Below are positions 10,487 to 21,110 of a DNA stretch of 64,000 nucleotides, piece after piece (position 1 is the first letter of the stretch; each line of letters begins with the position of its first letter). The notes below the pieces were generated by a model that was not told the origin of the DNA, searched no databases, and worked only from the letters and a program-made list of their open reading frames with translations. Position numbers and translations under genes: made by a program. This stretch comes from Planctomycetota bacterium (GTDB lineage Bacteria; Planctomycetota; UBA1135; UBA2386). The stretch is taken from positions 1,760,001 to 1,824,000 of the forward strand of contig JBKAGP010000001.1 in assembly GCA_046290465.1 (NCBI GenBank), read 5' to 3'.

Positions 10487-12079
10487 CTACGCGAGGCCCG
10501 CGCCGCGCAGCGCCAGCCGCGCTTCGTCGCCGGCGCGCCCCTTGGTGCGCTGGGCGAGGTGCTGCAGCATCTCGGTGCCGAAGCGGCGCTCGGCGCCGAC
10601 CTGCGACGCGAAGTGCGTCGCGACCCGCAGCATCATGTCCGGCTTGACGGCGGACTCGCGCTTCATGCGGTCGAACAGCGGGAAGCCGTTGCGGATCAGC
10701 ACGGCGAAGAAGCCCATGGTCGAGTTGCCCGGCGCCCCTTCGGCCTCGGCCTCGTCGGCCGCCACCAGCAGCTTGGTCAGCGCGATGTGGTAGTGCGTCT
10801 CGTCGTCGCCGTGGCCGCTCGCCGCGACCCGCGCCAGCACGTGCAGCGCCTCGGCGGACTTGTGGGCGCGGCGCATGCGCACGGCCTTCTCGACGATGAA
10901 CGTCACGATCTTCGGCCCGCCCGCGTGCAGCGCCAGGTCGAGCAGCATGTCGCCGAGGCGCACGTTGGTGCCGAGCAGCTTGACCGCCTTGTCGACGCAG
11001 GCCTTCTGCAGCTTCTGCGTCATGTGCTCGCTCAGCCGGACGAGGATCTGGCCGCAGGTCTGCGACAGCTCCGGGTTCTTGGTCGACTGCATCAGCTTGA
11101 GCAGTGGCTCGACCGCCTGCTTGTTGTTCGACAGGCCCTCGGCGGCCGCCTTGCGGAACCGTTCGTCGTCGTGGTCGAGCAGCTTCAAGAACGACTTGGC
11201 CAGCTCGGCGCCGCCGCTGGTGCGCAGCATGCGCGCCGCGAACAGGCGCTGCTCCGGCTGGCGCGACGCCAGCAGGCGCTTGAGCGACGGCACCATGCCG
11301 TTGGGCAATTCCGGCGCCTGCACGAGCACCTCGCGGATCGCCTCGTGCACGTCCTTCTGCGATTTGTCCTCGAGCGAGGCCATCATCGCCTTGATCTGGT
11401 TGGCGGTCAGCTTGACGCCGCGCAGCGCCCGGAACGCCGCGGCCCGCACCACCGGCGCGGTCTCCGGGTCGATGTGCTTGAGGAACAGCGTCTTGGCCCC
11501 GTTCGCGTCGACCGAGGCCAGCACCCCGAGCACGCGGGCGAGCGCCTGCGGCGAGGTGTTCTCGTCGAGCCGCGCGTGGATCTGCTCCTTCAGCAGCTTG
11601 CCGACGGCCGGCGAGAACTGCTCCTCGGCGGCCTCGATCAATTCGGCCGCCATGTCGCACAGTTCGGGCGACAGCAGCGCCTCGGCGAACACGGTCAGCG
11701 ACTCCTCGCCGAGTTCGCGCGCCAGCACGGTCAGAATCCGGGCGCGTTGTTCGCCGATCGCTTGCGGGTAGATCTTCGCGAGCACACCATGCGCAGGTGC
11801 GCCGATCTCGCCCAGCAACTGCGCGGCATGGTCCGACAGGACCTCGTGCTCGACGACCGCTTCGGCGAGCTTGGCCAGCGCGGCAGGGTTGGCGATCTTC
11901 GCCAGCGAGTCGAGGCAGAAGCGCCCGAGGACGGGAGAACGATCGGGACCGTCGCCGAGTGCTTCGATGGCCGCGGGATCCTTCGGCTTCAGTTCGCCAA
12001 GGACCTGAGCTGCAGCAACTTGCAACTCAGGCTTCCCTTCCTCGAGAAGCCCGACAATCGCCTTTATCGTTTCATTCAT
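10487..12079 (-). CDS. HEAT-repeat (alpha-solenoid) protein
   Basis: Repeated helical motifs (QVAAAQVLGEL, VRAAAFRAL, RKAAAEGL); typical codon usage. Confidence 0.75.
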   Translation of the reverse strand: MNETIKAIVGLLEEGKPELQVAAAQVLGELKPKDPAAIEALGDGPDRSPVLGRFCLDSLAKIANPAALAKLAEAVVEHEVLSDHAAQLLGEIGAPAHGVLAKIYPQAIGEQRARILTVLARELGEESLTVFAEALLSPELCDMAAELIEAAEEQFSPAVGKLLKEQIHARLDENTSPQALARVLGVLASVDANGAKTLFLKHIDPETAPVVRAAAFRALRGVKLTANQIKAMMASLEDKSQKDVHEAIREVLVQAPELPNGMVPSLKRLLASRQPEQRLFAARMLRTSGGAELAKSFLKLLDHDDERFRKAAAEGLSNNKQAVEPLLKLMQSTKNPELSQTCGQILVRLSEHMTQKLQKACVDKAVKLLGTNVRLGDMLLDLALHAGGPKIVTFIVEKAVRMRRAHKSAEALHVLARVAASGHGDDETHYHIALTKLLVAADEAEAEGAPGNSTMGFFAVLIRNGFPLFDRMKRESAVKPDMMLRVATHFASQVGAERRFGTEMLQHLAQRTKGRAGDEARLALRGAGLA

Positions 12080-12288
12080 GCCGCTGGAGTATGTTACGCA
12101 CTACCGCGAATGGCGGCGGACCGTCCCGGCGCGAGCACCGCTTCGATCCTGCATGGGGCCAGGATTATGGCAGAGGATGCGGGTTCCTGCCACTGCCAGG
12201 CTGACACCCGCGCACCAGATGCTGGGCCCCCGGCGTCAAGAGAACACAACCCCTTCCCTTTTCTGCGATTACCGCTGACGTAACGGCT

Positions 12289-13464
12289 GTGCGAATCCTG
12301 TTCTTGACGCCGTTTCTACCAGACCCCGGGGCCAGCCACGGCGGTGGCAGCTACGTCGGGGCACTATGCGAAGGCCTGCGCGAGCACGCAGAACTGGGCC
12401 TCGTGCACCTGGATCACGGCGACGGCAGGACCTCGGCCGAGGCCGGCTGGAGCTGGCGGCAGAGCGCCCCCTACGAAGGTGCGCCGGCCGGCGTGGCCCA
12501 CCGCCTGCGCATGCTGTGGCGGTGGCGCGACCGGCCGCTGCTCGCCGCCAAGTACTGGCAGGCGAAGCTCCCCCACCTGCTGGCGCGCGCCCGCGCCGAG
12601 TTCCGGCCGGACGTCGCGCTGGTCGAGATGGCCCAGATGGCGCAGTACCTGCCGTTCCTGCAAGGGCTGCCGACGGTGTTCACCGACCACGAGGCCGGCC
12701 GTCCCGCCAACGCGGGCACCGGCCTCGGCGCCGCCGCCGACCGCCGCGACGGTGCTCTGTGGAGCCGCTACGTGCGCGATCGCTATGCGAACGCCGACCT
12801 GGTGCAGGCCGTGACCGAAGAGGACGCGCAGGCGCTGCAGCAGCTGCTCGGACGCGACGTGCTGGTCCGGCCTGCCACCCTGCCGGTGCCCGAACGGGCC
12901 TGCCGGCCGGAGGCCGCCCCGAGGCGCGCGCTGTTCCTCGGCGACTACCGCCACGGCCCCAACCCCGAGGCCGCCCGCCGGCTCGCGCACGAGGTCTGGC
13001 CGCGCGTGCGCGCCCGACACGCCGACGCCGAACTGCTGCTGGCCGGTCCGCACGAGCGCACCATCCGCGACCTCGACGGCCGCGACGGCGTGCGCGTGCT
13101 CGGCTTCGTCGACGACCTGTTCGCGCTGCTGGCCTCGGCACGGCTGGTGCTCGCCCCGCTGTGGTCCGGCGGCGGCTTCCGGGTAAAGAACGCCACCGCG
13201 CTGCTGCACGGGCTGCCGGTCGTCACCAACGAGCTCGGTGCCCGCGGCTGCCGCGCGCCCGAACCGGCGTGCACGGTGCGCGAGCGCGTCGAGGACCTGG
13301 CCGAGGCGACCGGCGCGTTGCTCGACGCCCCCGAGCTCGCCGCGCGAGCCGGCGCCGAGGCGCGCCGCTGGGCCCGCCAGCACTACGCCAGGGAAGCCGT
13401 CGCCGGGCTGCAGCTCGAGCGCATCGAGCAGCTGCTCGGCGGCCACGGCCGGCGGCCGAGCTGA
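12289..13464 (+). CDS. glycosyltransferase family 4 protein
   Basis: MRILFLTPFLP start, FLGDYRHGPN, GFVDDL, APLWSGGGFRVK, GLPVVT. Confidence 0.85.
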   Translation: MRILFLTPFLPDPGASHGGGSYVGALCEGLREHAELGLVHLDHGDGRTSAEAGWSWRQSAPYEGAPAGVAHRLRMLWRWRDRPLLAAKYWQAKLPHLLARARAEFRPDVALVEMAQMAQYLPFLQGLPTVFTDHEAGRPANAGTGLGAAADRRDGALWSRYVRDRYANADLVQAVTEEDAQALQQLLGRDVLVRPATLPVPERACRPEAAPRRALFLGDYRHGPNPEAARRLAHEVWPRVRARHADAELLLAGPHERTIRDLDGRDGVRVLGFVDDLFALLASARLVLAPLWSGGGFRVKNATALLHGLPVVTNELGARGCRAPEPACTVRERVEDLAEATGALLDAPELAARAGAEARRWARQHYAREAVAGLQLERIEQLLGGHGRRPS

Positions 13465-13613
13465 CCCCGACGATTCGCCGCGCCGCACGACGGCGCCACA
13501 AGACCGCGCCGTTCGGGATTCTTCGGATTCCATGACATCGACGGCGCGCGCGGCACCTGGGTGGTTCGTCCCCGATGCGATCGGGGGCCACGACTCGTCA
13601 CCCAGAACGACCC

Positions 13614-15368
13614 ATGAAGATCCAGACCTTCCTCATCCTCGCCGGCTGCGCCTCGCTCGCCGCGACCACGGCCACCGCCCAGACCTTCGCCGTCAATACG
13701 ACGGCCGACACCGTCGACGCCAACCCCGGCGACGGCGTCGCCGCCGACGCCAACGGACAGACCTCGCTGCGCGCCGCCGTCCAGGAGGCCAACGCGTTGG
13801 CCAGTCCCGGCCTGGTCCGCATCCAACTCGCGTCCGGCATGACCTACACGCTGGCCCTCGGCGGCGCCGGCGAGGACGCCGCGGCGACCGGCGACCTCGA
13901 CGTCGCCTGCAACCTGCGCATCTACGGCGCCGGCGCCACCGTCGACGCCAACAGCCTCGACCGCGCCTTCGACGTGATGCCGGGCCGTTCGCTGAGCGTG
14001 CGGCAACTGCAGGTCCGCGGCGGCTGCGTCAACGGCGAGAGCGGCGGCGGCGTGCGCAGCGCCGGCAACCTCGAACTGATCGACACGTCGATCTCCTGGT
14101 CCGACGCGACCGGCGCCGGCGCGTCGGGCGGCGCCGTCTTCAACGACGGCGGCAACCTGTGGGTCAACGGCTGCACCATGCACGACAACCAGGCCTCGCG
14201 CGCCGGCGGCGCGATCGAGGCCAACGGCGGCTTCACGTCGCTGATGAACTCCGACTTCGACGACAACGCGACCGGCCCGATGCCCGGCAACGGCGGCGGC
14301 CTGCACCTGACCGGCGCCGGCTCGGTGCTGGTCGGCTGGTGCGGCTTCCACGGCAACAGCGCGGCGCGCGAAGGCGGTGCGCTGTGGAACTCGGCGACCG
14401 GCACGATGCACGTCGAGGGCTGCTACATCGGCGACAACGCCGCCACCGGCAGCGCGGCCGACGACGGCGGCGGCGGCCTGTTCAACGACGGCGGCACGAT
14501 GACCGTGCGCGACTGCGAGATCTACGGCAACGTCGCGACGACCGGCTCCGGTTCGGGCGGCGGCCTGTTCAACAACGGTGGCTATCTCGACGTCGTCGAC
14601 TGCGCCATCGACGACAACGTCAGCAACCGCGCCGGCGGCGGCATCGAAGCCCTCGACGGCCTGACCCTGCTGACCCGTGTCTGGGTGCGCAACAACATGA
14701 CCGGCGCGATGCCGGGCAACGGCGGCGGCCTGCACCTGACGGGCGCCGGCGGCGTCGACGCGTTCCAGTGCGTGTTCGCCGAGAACTTCGCGTCGGCCGA
14801 AGGCGGTGGCATGTGGAACTCGAGCGGCGGCACCATGAACGTGCACACCTGCCTGTTGATCGACAACGTCGCCAGCGGCGACGGCTCCGACCAGGGCGGC
14901 GGTGGCCTGTTCAACGCGGGCGGCACGCTGAACGTCTCCTACAGCTACGTGATCGGCAACGTCGCGGACGGCGCGGCCGGCTCCGGCGGCGGCGTGCTCA
15001 ACGACGCCGGCTGGCTGACGATGTACGAGACCAGCCTCTACGCCAACGCGTCGAACCGCGCCGGTGGCGCCGTCGAGGCCAACATCGGCCAGACGACGAT
15101 CACCCGTTCGGTGATGATCGCCAACACCACCGGCTCCTCGCCGGGCAACGGCGGCGGCCTGCACCTGACCGGCGCCGGCAACGTCGACGTCGCCGACAGC
15201 TGGATCGTGTTCAACTCGGCGGACAACGAAGGCGGCGGCCTGTGGAACTCGGCGACCGGCACGATGACGGTGGTCAGCACGCTGCTGTTCGGCAACCTGG
15301 CGCCGGTCGGGGCGAACGCGTTCAACGACGGCGGCACGTTCGTGCTCAACGGCAACCCGGTGCCGTAG
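13614..15368 (+). CDS. secreted CSLREA-like / polymorphic-membrane-protein-like beta-helix repeat protein
   Basis: Signal peptide, VNTTADTVDANPGDG...TSLRAAVQEAN, GDLDV, many GGA(I/L)xN repeats. Confidence 0.8.
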   Translation: MKIQTFLILAGCASLAATTATAQTFAVNTTADTVDANPGDGVAADANGQTSLRAAVQEANALASPGLVRIQLASGMTYTLALGGAGEDAAATGDLDVACNLRIYGAGATVDANSLDRAFDVMPGRSLSVRQLQVRGGCVNGESGGGVRSAGNLELIDTSISWSDATGAGASGGAVFNDGGNLWVNGCTMHDNQASRAGGAIEANGGFTSLMNSDFDDNATGPMPGNGGGLHLTGAGSVLVGWCGFHGNSAAREGGALWNSATGTMHVEGCYIGDNAATGSAADDGGGGLFNDGGTMTVRDCEIYGNVATTGSGSGGGLFNNGGYLDVVDCAIDDNVSNRAGGGIEALDGLTLLTRVWVRNNMTGAMPGNGGGLHLTGAGGVDAFQCVFAENFASAEGGGMWNSSGGTMNVHTCLLIDNVASGDGSDQGGGGLFNAGGTLNVSYSYVIGNVADGAAGSGGGVLNDAGWLTMYETSLYANASNRAGGAVEANIGQTTITRSVMIANTTGSSPGNGGGLHLTGAGNVDVADSWIVFNSADNEGGGLWNSATGTMTVVSTLLFGNLAPVGANAFNDGGTFVLNGNPVP

Positions 15369-15534
15369 CGGGCAAAGCCGCGTCCGCACGCGTACACGCC
15401 GCTTCCGCAATCACGGTTGGCAGCGCGTCCACTACATGGACGCGCTCCTAGCGGGCAAAGCCCCGTCCGCACGCGTACACGCCGCTTCCGCAATCACGGT
15501 TGGCAGCGCGTCCACTACATGGACGCGCTCCTAG
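15366..15534 (+). repeat. 83-bp palindromic REP/MITE-like element, 2 tandem copies
   Basis: TAG at 15366, 15449 and 15532 (83-bp period); hairpin AGCGCGTCCA-CTACA-TGGACGCGCT. Confidence 0.95.
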
Positions 15535-15632
15535 CACCCGGTAGCCGGCGCTGCGCGGTGGCGCGTTCGAAGACCCGGTAGAACGGCCCGTTCGAACAGC
15601 CCGTCGAACGGCCGGCCGCGCTGCCGGCGACG

Positions 15633-18600
15633 TCAGCGCAGCATCTCGAGCAGCCGCGACGGCGTCGCGGCGCCCGGCAGCGGCGCGACCGCCGCGGCGG
15701 CCTCGAGCGCGCTGCGCGGCATCGTGCGGCCGTCGACCTCGAGCGCCGCCTGCACGCCGGCGCGATCGTCGCGCGACGCCGCGGCGCACGCTTCGACGAA
15801 CCGGCTGCGCAGGTCGGCGGGGAAGCGCGCGGCGGTCTCCTGCAGGAAGCCGTGGGCTTCGCCATCGCGCTGGGTCGCCAGCAACACCACCGCGCGCAGC
15901 AGCCGCGCCTCGGTGTTGTCCTGGTCGACCCGCAGCCGCTCCGTCGCCAGCTGCAGCAGGCTCGCCGCCGCCTCTCGGTCGGCTGCTGCGCGCGCGGCCG
16001 CACCCGCCAGCAACCGCGACAGCGGGCTGCCTTCGATCGTCTCCGGCTGGCGACGTCCGGCGCGTTCGCTCAACGGCAGCAGGGCCGGATGCGCCGGCAG
16101 CGTCACGTCGCTCGGCAACCAGCCGCGCCGCGCCGCGTGCGCCAGCGCCGGCCCCGACGCACCGTCGACGCCCGAAAGGTAGAGCCGCCCGAGCGCCGAC
16201 TCGCGCAGCGCCTCGCCGCCAGCATCGCGACCGAACACCGCGGCGACCCCGACGCGGGCGCGGGCCCCGCGTGCTCCGTGCAACACCCCGCCGAGTTCGC
16301 GCTCGGCGACCGCCGATGCGTCGACGACCTCGCCGCCGTCCCGCAGCAGTTCGAGCCGGCGCAGCTCCAGCTGCGGCAGCAGCGCGGTCGCGTCCGGAAA
16401 CACGCTGAGCTGTGGTTCGCGTTGCTTCAGCAGACGAACGGCCTCGCTGACGCAACGCAGTTCGCGCTCGCGGTCGCCGAGGTGCTCGGCGAGCGCCGCG
16501 CCGAAGCGCCAGGCGGCGACGTAGTCCGGCGACTGCGCGAGCACCCGTTCGGTCGCCGCGTGCGCGCGCTGGGCGCGGCCGGCGGCCAGGTGCACGCGCG
16601 CACACTGCAGCATCAGCGGCGCGCGCTCTTCGGCAGGCGCGGCTTCGAGGCGACGCTCGGCCAGCGCCAGCGCCTCGTCGTGGCGGCCGGTCAGCGAGAG
16701 GCCGGTGATGCGGTGGTAGACGACGTCGAACGTATCCCGCGCCGGCGCGGGCAGGCCGTCGAGCAGCTGCATGCTGAGGCCCGCGAGCGCCGCAGCCCGG
16801 GCGGGCGGCAGCGGCATCGGCGCGATCGGCGAGAACTCGGCGCCGAAGTGCACCGGTCCCGACTGCCAGGTGCCGGCCTCGGCCAACGCCTGCAGGACCC
16901 GCGCGGTCAGCACGTGCAGCCACGGCTGCGCGTTCTCGAGCACCGCGGAGACCTCGCCGACGGCGCGTTCGAGGTCGGGCTGTTCTTCGAGGCAGTGCAG
17001 CGCCGCCCACAAGAGGCGGGCGGTGCCGTACGACGGCCGCAGCGCACCGGCCTGCAGCAGGTCGTCCTGCGCCTCACGCAAGCGGGCGATCTCCGGACAG
17101 CTGTAGCACCAGCCGCGATGCAGCAACGCGAAGTAGCGGTGCTCGTCCGCCAGGGAGCGGGACGCGAGCGCGCTCGAGAACCGCTCGATCGCCTGCTCGT
17201 ACTGCTGCGCCGACTGGAACCAGAAGCCCAGCCAGTACTGGACCAGCGGTCCGTCCCCGTCGATCTCGGCGCGCAGCTCCTCGGCACGCTGGTGCCGGCC
17301 CTGGCGACGGTGCCAGACGGCCGCCATCGCGCGATCGCCGGGCGTGGCGGCGCCGCTGTCGAGCAGCTGCTGCAGCGTGCGGTCGACCTCGTCCGGCGCA
17401 TCGCCGACGTCGAGCAGGATCTCCGCGTGCGCGCGCAACACCGCCGCGTCGCCCGGGAACCGTCGACGCAGGTCGGCGGCCAGCGCCAGCGCCTGCACGG
17501 CCTGCGGCGAACGCGCACCAGCGGCCTCCGAGCGCGGCTGTGCCAGACCGAACCGCGCGTAGTGTCGCAGCGACGCGCCACCGAACACCGTGATGTGCTC
17601 GGGAGCCCCCGCCAGCAGTGCCGGCAGGCGATCGAGATCACGGTCCCGTTCGAGCCGCAGGATCTCCTGCTGGCCGGCACGGTGCTGCTGCCACGCGAGC
17701 AGCGACAGCGGCGCCAGCAGGGCCACGGCGACGACCAGGCCGGCCATCCACGGCCGCCGACGCATCCGTCGACCGAGCCGCGACGACCAGCTGACCGAAC
17801 GGGCGACGACCGGCGTGCCGTTCGCGAAGCGTCGCAGGTCCTCGGCGAGCGCCGCTGCCGATGCGTAGCGGCGACCCGGCTCCTTCTCGAGGCACTGCAT
17901 GACGATCCGCGACAGCTCCTGCGGCACCGTCGCGTCGACGGTGCGCGGCAGCGGCGGTTCGCGGTTCATGATCGCATCGATGACCAGCGCCAGCGAGGCG
18001 CGCTCGAACGGCGGCCGCCCCGTGATGCACTCGTAGAGCACCGCGCCGAGCGAGTACACGTCGCTGAGCGCGGTGCCGTTCTCGGCGCCGACCGCCTGTT
18101 CGGGCGCCATGTAGAGCGGGGTGCCGAGGAAGTCGCCGGTTCGCGTCAGGGCCGACTCCCCTTCCTCGCGCATGCTCGCCAGGCCGAAGTCGAGCACCAC
18201 CACGACCCCGTCCTCACGCACCATCAGGTTGGCCGGCTTCAGATCGCGGTGCACCACGTCACGCTGGTGCGCGAACTCGAGCGCGTCGACGGCGCCGGCG
18301 AACGCCGCCGCGAACCGACGCAGGTCGTCGAAGACCCGCCGCGCCGCCGCGTGGTCGCCGTCGCCGGGCCGGGTGCGCGCCGCCAGCAGGCGGTCGAGCG
18401 AACGGCCACGCACGTGGTCCATCGCCAGCCAGATCCAGTCGGCCGTCTCGCCACAGTCGAGCACCGGCACGATGTTGTCGTGGTCCAGCGACGCGGCAGT
18501 GGCCGCCTCGCGCCGGAAGCGCGCGACCGCGCGGCGGTCGCTGGCGACCTCGGCGTGCAGCACCTTCAGCGCCACCCGACGACGCGGCTCGACCTGCTCG

Positions 18601-18866
18601 GCTTCGTAGACCGCGCCGAACGCGCCTCGCCCCAGTTCGCCGAGCACGCGGAAGCCGCCGATCCGCAACGGCAGGTCGGCGGCCCGGGCGTGGCTGGTGT
18701 AGACGTCGAGTTCGCCGAGCGCTTCGACCTCGGCCAGGAACGGCTCGACCAGCTCCGGCGGCAAGCCCTCCGCGAAGGCGCCGGGCAGCAGGTCGGGGTC
18801 TCCCTCCTTGGCGAGCAACCAATCGGCGATGACCTGGTCGAGCGGGTCCGGCGGTTCGTCGCTCAT
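15633..18866 (-). CDS. membrane Ser/Thr protein kinase with C-terminal TPR-like region
   Basis: GRGAFG, VALKVL, HRDLKPAN, DFG, GTPLYMAPE, DVYSLG, a hydrophobic TM segment, helical repeats. Confidence 0.92.
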   Translation of the reverse strand: MSDEPPDPLDQVIADWLLAKEGDPDLLPGAFAEGLPPELVEPFLAEVEALGELDVYTSHARAADLPLRIGGFRVLGELGRGAFGAVYEAEQVEPRRRVALKVLHAEVASDRRAVARFRREAATAASLDHDNIVPVLDCGETADWIWLAMDHVRGRSLDRLLAARTRPGDGDHAAARRVFDDLRRFAAAFAGAVDALEFAHQRDVVHRDLKPANLMVREDGVVVVLDFGLASMREEGESALTRTGDFLGTPLYMAPEQAVGAENGTALSDVYSLGAVLYECITGRPPFERASLALVIDAIMNREPPLPRTVDATVPQELSRIVMQCLEKEPGRRYASAAALAEDLRRFANGTPVVARSVSWSSRLGRRMRRRPWMAGLVVAVALLAPLSLLAWQQHRAGQQEILRLERDRDLDRLPALLAGAPEHITVFGGASLRHYARFGLAQPRSEAAGARSPQAVQALALAADLRRRFPGDAAVLRAHAEILLDVGDAPDEVDRTLQQLLDSGAATPGDRAMAAVWHRRQGRHQRAEELRAEIDGDGPLVQYWLGFWFQSAQQYEQAIERFSSALASRSLADEHRYFALLHRGWCYSCPEIARLREAQDDLLQAGALRPSYGTARLLWAALHCLEEQPDLERAVGEVSAVLENAQPWLHVLTARVLQALAEAGTWQSGPVHFGAEFSPIAPMPLPPARAAALAGLSMQLLDGLPAPARDTFDVVYHRITGLSLTGRHDEALALAERRLEAAPAEERAPLMLQCARVHLAAGRAQRAHAATERVLAQSPDYVAAWRFGAALAEHLGDRERELRCVSEAVRLLKQREPQLSVFPDATALLPQLELRRLELLRDGGEVVDASAVAERELGGVLHGARGARARVGVAAVFGRDAGGEALRESALGRLYLSGVDGASGPALAHAARRGWLPSDVTLPAHPALLPLSERAGRRQPETIEGSPLSRLLAGAAARAAADREAAASLLQLATERLRVDQDNTEARLLRAVVLLATQRDGEAHGFLQETAARFPADLRSRFVEACAAASRDDRAGVQAALEVDGRTMPRSALEAAAAVAPLPGAATPSRLLEMLR

Positions 18867-19465
18867 ACCGGTTCGGCTCCCCGGTCCAGGTGTGCCTTCA
18901 GCTTGCGCAGCGCGCGACTCAGCAGCAGCGCGACGGCGTTGCGGCTGCGCCCCATGCGCTCGGCCAGCTCCGACGGTGGCAGGCCCTCGACGCGCGCGAG
19001 CACGATCACCTCGCGGTCGACGTCGCTGAGCTGCAGCAGCGCGTCGTCGATGCGGCTCTGGGTCTCCCGCGCCGCGGTGCGCGTGCGCGGCCCCGGCCCC
19101 GGATCCGCCAGCGTGCGTGGTCGCTGCGTCGTGCGCGCCCCGTGCAGCGCGCGCTCGCGACGCGCGTCGCGCTTGCCGGCGAGCACGCCACGCTGCAGGT
19201 TGCGCAGCCGGTTGATCGCGACCGTCGCCAGCCACCGGAAGAACGAATCGGGTCCCTGGTAGTCGAACTGGTCGAACCGACGCAGGGCTTCGAGGTAGGC
19301 CTCCTGCACCAGGTCGTCGAGTTCTGCCGCGCGCAGCGCGCCGCCGGCGCGCATCGACAGCAGCCGACCGAGTCGACCGCGGCACGCGTCGAACAGCGCC
19401 TCCAGGGCCTGCTGGTCGCCGCCGGCCGCGCGGGCGGCGAGGCGTTCGCTCGGTCGTGTGTGCAT
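18863..19465 (-). CDS. ECF sigma-70 factor, translationally coupled to the kinase
   Basis: DDLVQEAY (region 2), FFRWLATVAIN, region 4 with ELAERMGRSRNAV...LSRALRKL; ATGA overlap with kinase start. Confidence 0.9.
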   Translation of the reverse strand: MHTRPSERLAARAAGGDQQALEALFDACRGRLGRLLSMRAGGALRAAELDDLVQEAYLEALRRFDQFDYQGPDSFFRWLATVAINRLRNLQRGVLAGKRDARRERALHGARTTQRPRTLADPGPGPRTRTAARETQSRIDDALLQLSDVDREVIVLARVEGLPPSELAERMGRSRNAVALLLSRALRKLKAHLDRGAEPV

Positions 19466-19526
19466 CGTGTGCGGTCGATCGGGGCGCTCTGCCGGAGGCG
19501 ACGATCCGTCGACCGCGGCGGACGCG

Positions 19527-21110
19527 CTACTTCTTGGCGACCGGTCCACCGGTCGACACCTGCGTCGTCGGCTTGGCCGGCGCCTTCGGCTTGTCGCTGG
19601 GCTTCTTGCGCAGCCGCAGCTTGCGCATCGTCTCCTGCAGGAACGACTCCATCTTCGACGTCTCCTTGCCGCGCACGAAGTTCCACAGGATGCGGAACCA
19701 GCGCGACGGGCGCAGCAGCAGGCTGCGCACGTAGAAGGCGCGCACGACCTTGTACTTCCACCGCGTCAGCTCCTTGGCGGTGAAGTTGTCGTTGTACTTG
19801 CGGTCCTCGCTGAGGAACGTGTTGTGCACGTAGATCGGCAGCTTCAGGAACGCGTCGTCGTAGGTGACCTTGCCTTCCTTCTCGAGCTGGCGCGTGATCT
19901 CGGTGTTGGGCAGCGGGAAGAAGAAGCCGGCCGAGACGTCGTCGATGCCGGCCTTGCCGAGCCTGGCGGCGAGCTTGACGGTCGCCTCCATGTCCTCCTT
20001 CTCGTCGGTCGGGTAGGCGAGCACGAAGAACGCGCCGACGTTGAGACCAGCCTTCACCGACGCCTTCACGGCGCGGAACAGCTTCTCGTCGGTCAGCATC
20101 TTCTTCATGTGCTTGCGCGTGCGCTCGCTGCCGGACTCCGGCGCGAAGTTCAGCGACTTGCAGCCGCTGCGCACCAGCAGCTCGGCGACCTCCTCGTCGA
20201 TCACCTCGCTGCGCGTGCCGGCCGGCAACTGCCAGGTGATGTCGAGGCCGCGGTTCTCGACCTCCTTGCAGAAGTCGACGACCCAGTTCTTCTTCAGGAT
20301 CGCGGTCAGGTCCTGGAACGGGAAGTTCGTGGCCCGGTACGTCTTGTGGTAGTGCTCGATCTCGTCGATCACCTCGGTCGGGGTGCGCGCGAACCAGCGC
20401 GTCGTCCACATGTTGGGCGAACTGCAGTAGGTGCACTGGTACGGGCAGCCGCGCGTCGCCAGGATCGGCACCGTCTTGCCGTAGTAGATGCCGCTGACCA
20501 GCCGGTTCGACGAGTAGGCGTCGACGTCGAAGAACTCCCACGCCGGCCACGGGATCTGGTCGACGTTCTTGATGCGGTCGCGGCGCTCGTTCTTCTGCAG
20601 CGAGCCGTCGTCCTTGCGGAACGCGATGCCGGGGATGACCGTGTGGTCGAGGCCGAGCTCGAGCGCGCGAAACAGCGCGACCGCCGTCTCCTCGCCCTCG
20701 CCGAGCACCAGGAAGTCGATCGGCGCCTGCTCCATCGACAGCTCCGGCACCGCCGTGAAGTGCTCGCCGCCGCAGACGATCGTCGTGTCCGGGAACGCCT
20801 CGCGCAGCTTCTGGATCAGCTCCCGCACGATCGGCCAGCTGTAGCTCCACATGCTGGTGACCCCGATCGCCTGGGTGTCCTTCGGGATCCGCTCGATGAT
20901 CTCCTCGGGGGTCAGGCCGAGCCGCCAGATGTCGCCGTCGGGGATCATCTGCTCGGGGGCGTCCCCGAGGGCGTCGATGACCGTGAGTTCGTGATCGTCG
21001 TCGCGGAGCACCGCTGCGATGTAGGCCAGACCGAGCGGAAGGCTCGGTCGCAGCGCGGTGAGGCCGTTCTTGTTGATGTAGACCGGCGGGTGGATCAGCG
21101 TGACCTTCAT
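19527..21110 (-). CDS. B12-binding radical SAM protein
   Basis: PLGLAYIAA and GGEHFT cobalamin-binding region; RGCPYQCTYC CxxxCxxC; APESGS. Confidence 0.9.
   Translation of the reverse strand: MKVTLIHPPVYINKNGLTALRPSLPLGLAYIAAVLRDDDHELTVIDALGDAPEQMIPDGDIWRLGLTPEEIIERIPKDTQAIGVTSMWSYSWPIVRELIQKLREAFPDTTIVCGGEHFTAVPELSMEQAPIDFLVLGEGEETAVALFRALELGLDHTVIPGIAFRKDDGSLQKNERRDRIKNVDQIPWPAWEFFDVDAYSSNRLVSGIYYGKTVPILATRGCPYQCTYCSSPNMWTTRWFARTPTEVIDEIEHYHKTYRATNFPFQDLTAILKKNWVVDFCKEVENRGLDITWQLPAGTRSEVIDEEVAELLVRSGCKSLNFAPESGSERTRKHMKKMLTDEKLFRAVKASVKAGLNVGAFFVLAYPTDEKEDMEATVKLAARLGKAGIDDVSAGFFFPLPNTEITRQLEKEGKVTYDDAFLKLPIYVHNTFLSEDRKYNDNFTAKELTRWKYKVVRAFYVRSLLLRPSRWFRILWNFVRGKETSKMESFLQETMRKLRLRKKPSDKPKAPAKPTTQVSTGGPVAKK

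Noticed and set aside
15560..15620. Degenerate 12-13-bp repeats (CCCGTTCGAACAG-like) after the 83-bp array
   Set aside because: Too short and irregular to assign a function.
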